Origin: Nitrososphaerales archaeon
GTDB taxonomy: Archaea > Thermoproteota > Nitrososphaeria > Nitrososphaerales > UBA213
Direction: 5' to 3'
Assembly: GCA_965197925.1 (NCBI GenBank)
Contig: CBDAOC010000020.1
Coordinates: forward strand, 480,001-544,000
Length of the DNA stretch: 64,000 nt
A program made the position numbers and the translations under genes. Positions 58,760-64,000 of the stretch are shown here, one piece after another (position 1 is the stretch's first letter; each line of letters starts with the position of its first letter). The notes beneath the pieces were generated by a model. That model did not search any database. It saw only the letters and a list, made by a program, of their open reading frames with translations, and was not told where the DNA came from.

Positions 58760-59425
58760 TCAGGAAGTCAAATTCATTATACATAATTTTCCCATTGTCG
58801 TTAAATCAACACGCAGTTTACCCTTCCCTCTATCTACTTCAACCAATCCTAGATCTGTAAGTCCTCTAGCATCCTTACTGCCTTGTATGTGATAACTAAG
58901 CAAGGGTTTTCCGAAGTGTGATAATTTTCCTAATTGCTCCAAGCCCTTCACCGAGCCTCCTGCATTATCGATGGCCTTTAGAATTTGTATCTTTGCAGGT
59001 GAGATAACTTCATTGTAAGTCAACTTTAGAACAGGTAAAAGCATTGGATTACCTTCACCATCCATGCCAAATGTCTTTATTCCATTTACAAATGCTGCAC
59101 ATAGTGCCGCAGAACCAAGAATCTTGTCCCCACCACTTACATTCATTAATATATGATCAACATACCCTGACTCGTCCTTTATTAGTTCTGCAATTCTTTC
59201 CAAAACATCGTGGAAAAGATTATTTCTTGATACAAACATATAATCTACTTGTATGCCAAGTGTGTTTATGAGATTTGTTGCAAACTCTTCAACTTTAGGC
59301 TTTTGGTCTTCATAACAAAGAACTGCAAGTTTGTTTATGGGAAAGTTCCTTACCCCTATCATAATGTCATTCTCTGCCTCACCAAAAGATACTATCTGAA
59401 TTATATTCTGAGGTATGGAATTCAC
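58760..59425 (-). CDS. CARF-like (Csa3/DUF6293-like) + wHTH transcriptional regulator
   Basis: Rossmann-like N-terminus with MNVSGGDK; C-terminal KPLLSYHI..GLVEV..LTTMG. Confidence 0.75.
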   Translation of the reverse strand: MNSIPQNIIQIVSFGEAENDIMIGVRNFPINKLAVLCYEDQKPKVEEFATNLINTLGIQVDYMFVSRNNLFHDVLERIAELIKDESGYVDHILMNVSGGDKILGSAALCAAFVNGIKTFGMDGEGNPMLLPVLKLTYNEVISPAKIQILKAIDNAGGSVKGLEQLGKLSHFGKPLLSYHIQGSKDARGLTDLGLVEVDRGKGKLRVDLTTMGKLCIMNLTS

Positions 59426-59575
59426 ATATTATGACTATACCCCAATAATTAAACATGAGCCTATCAATTAACATAATTCATTTTCCATAATACTCGAGTA
59501 GCACGAAACCTTAATGTTATTTTTCAGATGCTATCTTCTTGTTAGGGTATGAAAAAGCCCTACAGAATCTATACA

Positions 59576-60140
59576 TTATCCTATCTTAAACAACTTGTTC
59601 TTTTGTACGAAGAAGCTCTGGTCATGACTCTTAACTAGATCCATAATATCGTCCGCACCACCACTGAGCAAGTCTTGCATTCTATATGGGCAATACATTA
59701 CTCCATTAATCCTGTTACCATTGTACAATTCTTCGAGTGCTACGACCCTTCCAAGTGAACTCTGATGGCACAGATCACCCGTCATAAACCCTATAGCGTA
59801 ACTTCGCTTTTCTCCAGCTTCGTCAGTTATTCTCTGCCAGACTTCGTTGAAATACTGTTTACTGTCATCCAATAGGCGTGTGTAGGGAGATAAAGTTACG
59901 TCGGTCCATTCATGGTTCCTGAGGAACTCGATACTAGTGTGTGATACTGGTCCGCAGTATGCCCTAAACCAATTTTCCTTGGTCAGTTCCTCTGAGGCTC
60001 CAAATACATTCTTCAGCGATTCTTCTTCATCATATAAGAGAAGAATATGTCTACTTTCCTCATCTTCCCCAACTTTGGTTTGCAGTCCACCATCTAGATC
60101 CTTAACCGATATTTTGTATCTAGTATGTAATGGGACTCAT
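59576..60140 (-). pseudogene. MEDS-like sensory domain protein, degraded
   Basis: HILLLYDEEE N-terminal part; ALEELY..MYCPY..SHD C-terminus; stops and frameshift. Confidence 0.5.
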
Positions 60141-60185
60141 GTTCTTTATACTTAACCTTTAACTATTCAGGAATGGGTTAAATCG

Positions 60186-60227
60186 TTGGGAGCTAAGGAT
60201 AAATATCATTGGGAGCTAAGGATAAAT
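60186..60227. repeat. 19-bp direct repeat (ttgggagctaaggataaat) x2 upstream of the DoxX gene
   Basis: 60186-60204 and 60209-60227. Confidence 0.85.
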
Positions 60228-60250
60228 CAGAATATGACTAATACAGTTGT

Positions 60251-60685
60251 ATGGAACGAGGCGAGCTAGTAATTCGTAAAAATGAAAACCTGTTACGTGA
60301 TCTAACACACTGGGGGATAAGGGCCTCTATAGGGGCAATCTTCATCTTTCATAGTATCAAGAAATTTAATCCAAGGATGCAAGAATGGCTTGTAAGTATA
60401 GGACTTCCACCCGAACTACAGCTTCCGATTGCCTTGGCAGAATTTCTAGGAGGAATCTTCCTTATTACAGGTATATTTACTAGAGTAACTAGCTCGATTT
60501 TTGCGGTTATCTTACTTGGTGCAATCTTCATGATAAAGGGAGTGGACAAATTTTCAGGCAGTACATTCACTGGCTGGGAATTTGATCTGGTGATGCTTGC
60601 ATCTGTGCTGGCCTTCATCGTAGCTGGACCAGGAAAAGTTTCAATTGCCCATGTTCTAAAAAAGATTCCAGTATTTTTGCATTGA
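60251..60685 (+). CDS. DoxX family membrane protein
   Basis: R..GAIFIFHS..K, AEFLGG..G.FTR, GWEFDL, GPGKVS. Confidence 0.88.
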   Translation: MERGELVIRKNENLLRDLTHWGIRASIGAIFIFHSIKKFNPRMQEWLVSIGLPPELQLPIALAEFLGGIFLITGIFTRVTSSIFAVILLGAIFMIKGVDKFSGSTFTGWEFDLVMLASVLAFIVAGPGKVSIAHVLKKIPVFLH

Positions 60686-60875
60686 AGAGCATGTATTATG
60701 CTGTGATCAAAAAGTTGTACAGAATAAGTATACGATAAACACTTGACAGGCCGTTGCTAACAATCAAATACTGATTACAAAATCCTGACATCTATAGAAG
60801 AGGGATAGAAGATTATCTTTTTTTGATATTTTAACACATCTTGTGTAGTTAATACATCGAAATATTTCTCACTTA

Positions 60876-61931
60876 GAGCTTATCCGAAAATTAACATCAC
60901 GGCCTGATTGTTTATACCGAAACAGATCTAGATCTGTTCTCTCTAGCTAAATTTGTGAGAAAATCAAAGAAAAAGAGCATGCCGACCATATGGCATATAC
61001 CAGACGATCTATGGGAAGAGTTCGAACTAGTGCTGCCGCCAAGGAAACCAGCAAGAACAGTTGGAAGGCCAGCTGTGCCATTTAGAAAAGTGTTGAATGG
61101 AGTACTGTACGTATTAAGAACTGGATGCCAGTGGAAGAAGGTGCCGAAAGAATTTGGTTCTGGCTCAACTTGCCATGCAAGATTTCAGGAATGGATTGGG
61201 ATAGGAGTATTCAAGAAGGTATGGAAGAGGCTGCTGGAAATATATGATGAATTGAAGGGTATAGGATGGGACTGGCAATCCATGGATAGCGTACCGAAGG
61301 CCCCATTAGGGGGAAAACGACCGGAGCAAACCCAACGGATAGAGGCAAGCTAGGTACCAAACGTCACATGCTGGTTGATAGAAGAGGAGTACCTCTCTCA
61401 TCTGTAATTACTGAAGCAAACAAGCACGATATGAAATCAGCCTTTCCTACAATAGATAGCATTGTTGTTGATAGGCCCAAAGTTAAACAGAACATATGCA
61501 TGAATAGGATATGATTTCCCTGAGATAGAGTATGGAGTATGAAATATGGAGTTAGGAAGGGGATATGTGGATCACATTCGTCATAAGGGTGAAGTGTTGA
61601 AAAAGAATTTGTACAAAGCAAAGAGATGGGTTGTAGAAAGAACCGCATCTTGGCATAACAGGTTCAGAAAGTTATTGGTAAGGTTCGAGAAGAGAGAGGA
61701 AAATTATCAGGCGCTAGCAGAATTTGCTAACTGCCTAATAGTGTACAGAGCGATATATTGGTAGTGTCATAAACACGTTAATGCAACTGTTTCTAGTATC
61801 TATTATCTACAATACTAATAAAATCAATAGTAAGAAAACTAAACCTGACAGTTTGAACTAATATTCTTGCATTCTAAATGTTATCATTTCTACCAATCAT
61901 TAACTATCAGCTAGAATTTTAGGATAGGCTC
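60876..61931 (+). mobile_element. IS5-family element (family B), complete ends, orfB degenerate
   Basis: TIRs gagcttatccgaaaatt / aattttaggataggctc; orfA 60955-61353 with G5A4 shift site into the GANPTDRGKLGTKRH frame. Confidence 0.92.
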
Positions 61932-62953
61932 TAAGTCATACACGTCTTGTCTACAAATATGTTCTAGAACAAGCGTATAAAAACAAAACTAAGCATTGGG
62001 ATCCCGCTGACACAAAACTTTCAGATGGAAAATCAGAATTGGATCACATAGAATGGAGCACGATTTCATTTCAAGAAATGCATGAAGGCCCTTTTGCGGC
62101 AAGAAATATAATTCCTGTGCCCATGGCTTGGACAGGTTTAGCTCCCAACTACCCAGATTATCCCTCTAGCTCATACTTTGCGGCAAATTGTGGCTTCGTG
62201 TTTGACATGCGTATGCAAGAAAGCCTATTGATTGAATTACAGAATAAAATAAATGACTTGCATAAAATTCATAGTCAAACTTGGACGCTACAATCGAATG
62301 AACCTGAATCTGATAGCCGAACATATTATATGACGGGGTTTTCGGCACAAAGTTTGGTTAAAACCGTTAAGGAGAAGAATCTTTATAATGTAAATATGGC
62401 ATGGGTAATTAGAACACTAGAAGCTGTTAATTATATTATAACAGGTAGATTCGAACAAGAAATAACTGTCACCGCATATCTTCCATACATTCCGCGATTG
62501 AACAGGTTTCCAACCATAAACCGAACTAATAAAAAATATGAAGTTAAAACTATGCGTGCCTCAGTATTCTTAGTAAATCTAGAGCATTTGGAAGGGGGAA
62601 TAGGATCTAATGATATTGTATTTGGAGATGAAGACTATATGACTAGAAACAGAATTTGTGATGTGCATCCCTATCTTTATTTGAAAGAAGAATGGACCGA
62701 GTGGATAAAAGCTGTACGCTTATCTAACTTCGACGCTTTTGTGAATAAACTGATGGATAATTCTGTTCCATATAGCGAACAACTTCGACATATGCAACCA
62801 CAAGTCTTGTTTGGCAATCTAAGCACTTCAATTGAAAAGAATCGTCTAGTTCTTACCGGCTTTAATCTTTATGTAGAAAAATATAATCCAAGACCAATTT
62901 CACAAAACACTGTATTATGTTTATTGTTTAACCCACAGGTTCATTCTGTATAA
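61932..62953 (+). pseudogene. Unknown protein, probably 5'-truncated by the IS
   Basis: ORF 62039-62953; the frame is open upstream all the way to the IS end. Confidence 0.55.
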
Positions 62954-63097
62954 AATGCCTTTTTGTTATTCCTAAATTGATCTGTATACCATTATTATTC
63001 GACATTATGTCTTGAAGTATAAGGTGGCATTTATCCTTGTACAAATTAAATCCCAGAAAATGTATTGTTGGTATCACCAGAAAGGAAGAATGAGTAA

Positions 63098-64000
63098 GAG
63101 CCTATCCTAAAATTCTAGCTGATAGTTAATGATTGGTAGAAATGATAACATTTAGAATGCAAGAATATTAGTTCAAACTGTCAGGTTTAGTTTTCTTACT
63201 ATTGATTTTATTAGTATTGTAGATAATAGATACTAGAAACAGTTGCATTAACGTGTTTATGACACTACCAATATATCGCTCTGTACACTATTAGGCAGTT
63301 AGCAAATTCTGCTAGCGCCTGATAATTTTCCTCTCTCTTCTCGAACCTTACCAATAACTTTCTGAACCTGTTATGCCAAGATGCGGTTCTTTCTACAACC
63401 CATCTCTTTGCTTTGTACAAATTCTTTTTCAACACTTCACCCTTATGACGAATGTGATCCACATATCCCCTTCCTAACTCCATATTTCATACTCCATACT
63501 CTATCTCAGGGAAATCATATCCTATTCATGCATATGTTCTGTTTAACTTTGGGCCTATCAACAACAATGCTATCTATTGTAGGAAAGGCTGATTTCATAT
63601 CGTGCTTGTTTGCTTCAGTAATTACAGATGAGAGAGGTACTCCTCTTCTATCAACCAGCATGTGACGTTTGGTACCTAGCTTGCCTCTATCCGTTGGGTT
63701 TGCTCCGGTCGTTTTCCCCCTAATGGGGCCTTCGGTACGCTATCCATGGATTGCCAGTCCCATCCTATACCCTTCAATTCATCATATATTTCCAGCAGCC
63801 TCTTCCATACCTTCTTGAATACTCCTATCCCAATCCATTCCTGAAATCTTGCATGGCAAGTTGAGCCAGAACCAAATTCTTTCGGCACCTTCTTCCACTG
63901 GCATCCAGTTCTTAATACGTACAGTACTCCATTCAACACTTTTCTAAATGGCACAGCTGGCCTTCCAACTGTTCTTGCTGGTTTCCTTGGCGGCAGCACT
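63098..64000 (-). mobile_element. IS5-family element (family B), inverted copy running off the window
   Basis: Reverse complement of 60876-61931, identical ORF translations. Confidence 0.92.

Noticed and set aside
61765..61931. Long non-coding 3' tail of family-B IS as a guide or bridge RNA
   Set aside because: The element has a DDE IS5 transposase with no TnpB/IscB/IS110 protein, and I see no convincing structure.
299..63665. Numerous short antisense or overlapping ORFs in the six-frame track (e.g. 7741-8115, 29496-29918, 40310-40612)
   Set aside because: They are shadows of real genes on the opposite strand, with no motifs of their own.

Overview
AT-rich archaeal DNA, most likely Nitrososphaerota (Thaumarchaeota). 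This rests on a PEF-type C-terminal sorting signal, thaumarchaeal-type hypothetical families and an intron-containing archaeal tRNA-Met. The window is an IS-rich, decaying accessory region. Intact genes include gdhA, a DHH phosphoesterase, TetR, a PLP cysteine-synthase/rhodanese fusion, succinate-semialdehyde dehydrogenase, a patatin, malic enzyme, ferritin, a spermidine-synthase-like membrane methyltransferase, an aldo/keto reductase and DoxX. They are mixed with roughly 15 pseudogenes and about a dozen IS copies or remnants from several families. The most unusual signals are: (1) a CRISPR-like 36 bp repeat / 37 bp foreign spacer / 36 bp repeat inserted inside a transposase gene, present in 3 IS copies and absent from a 4th; (2) an apparently identical 381 bp inverted repeat in two otherwise diverged patatin paralogs flanking the SSADH gene; (3) a ~100 nt structured element with mutually exclusive pairings; (4) flank evidence for an IS-mediated inversion at the window end; (5) one terminal repeat found next to unrelated transposases. 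All calls come from reading the sequence by eye; no database searches were run.
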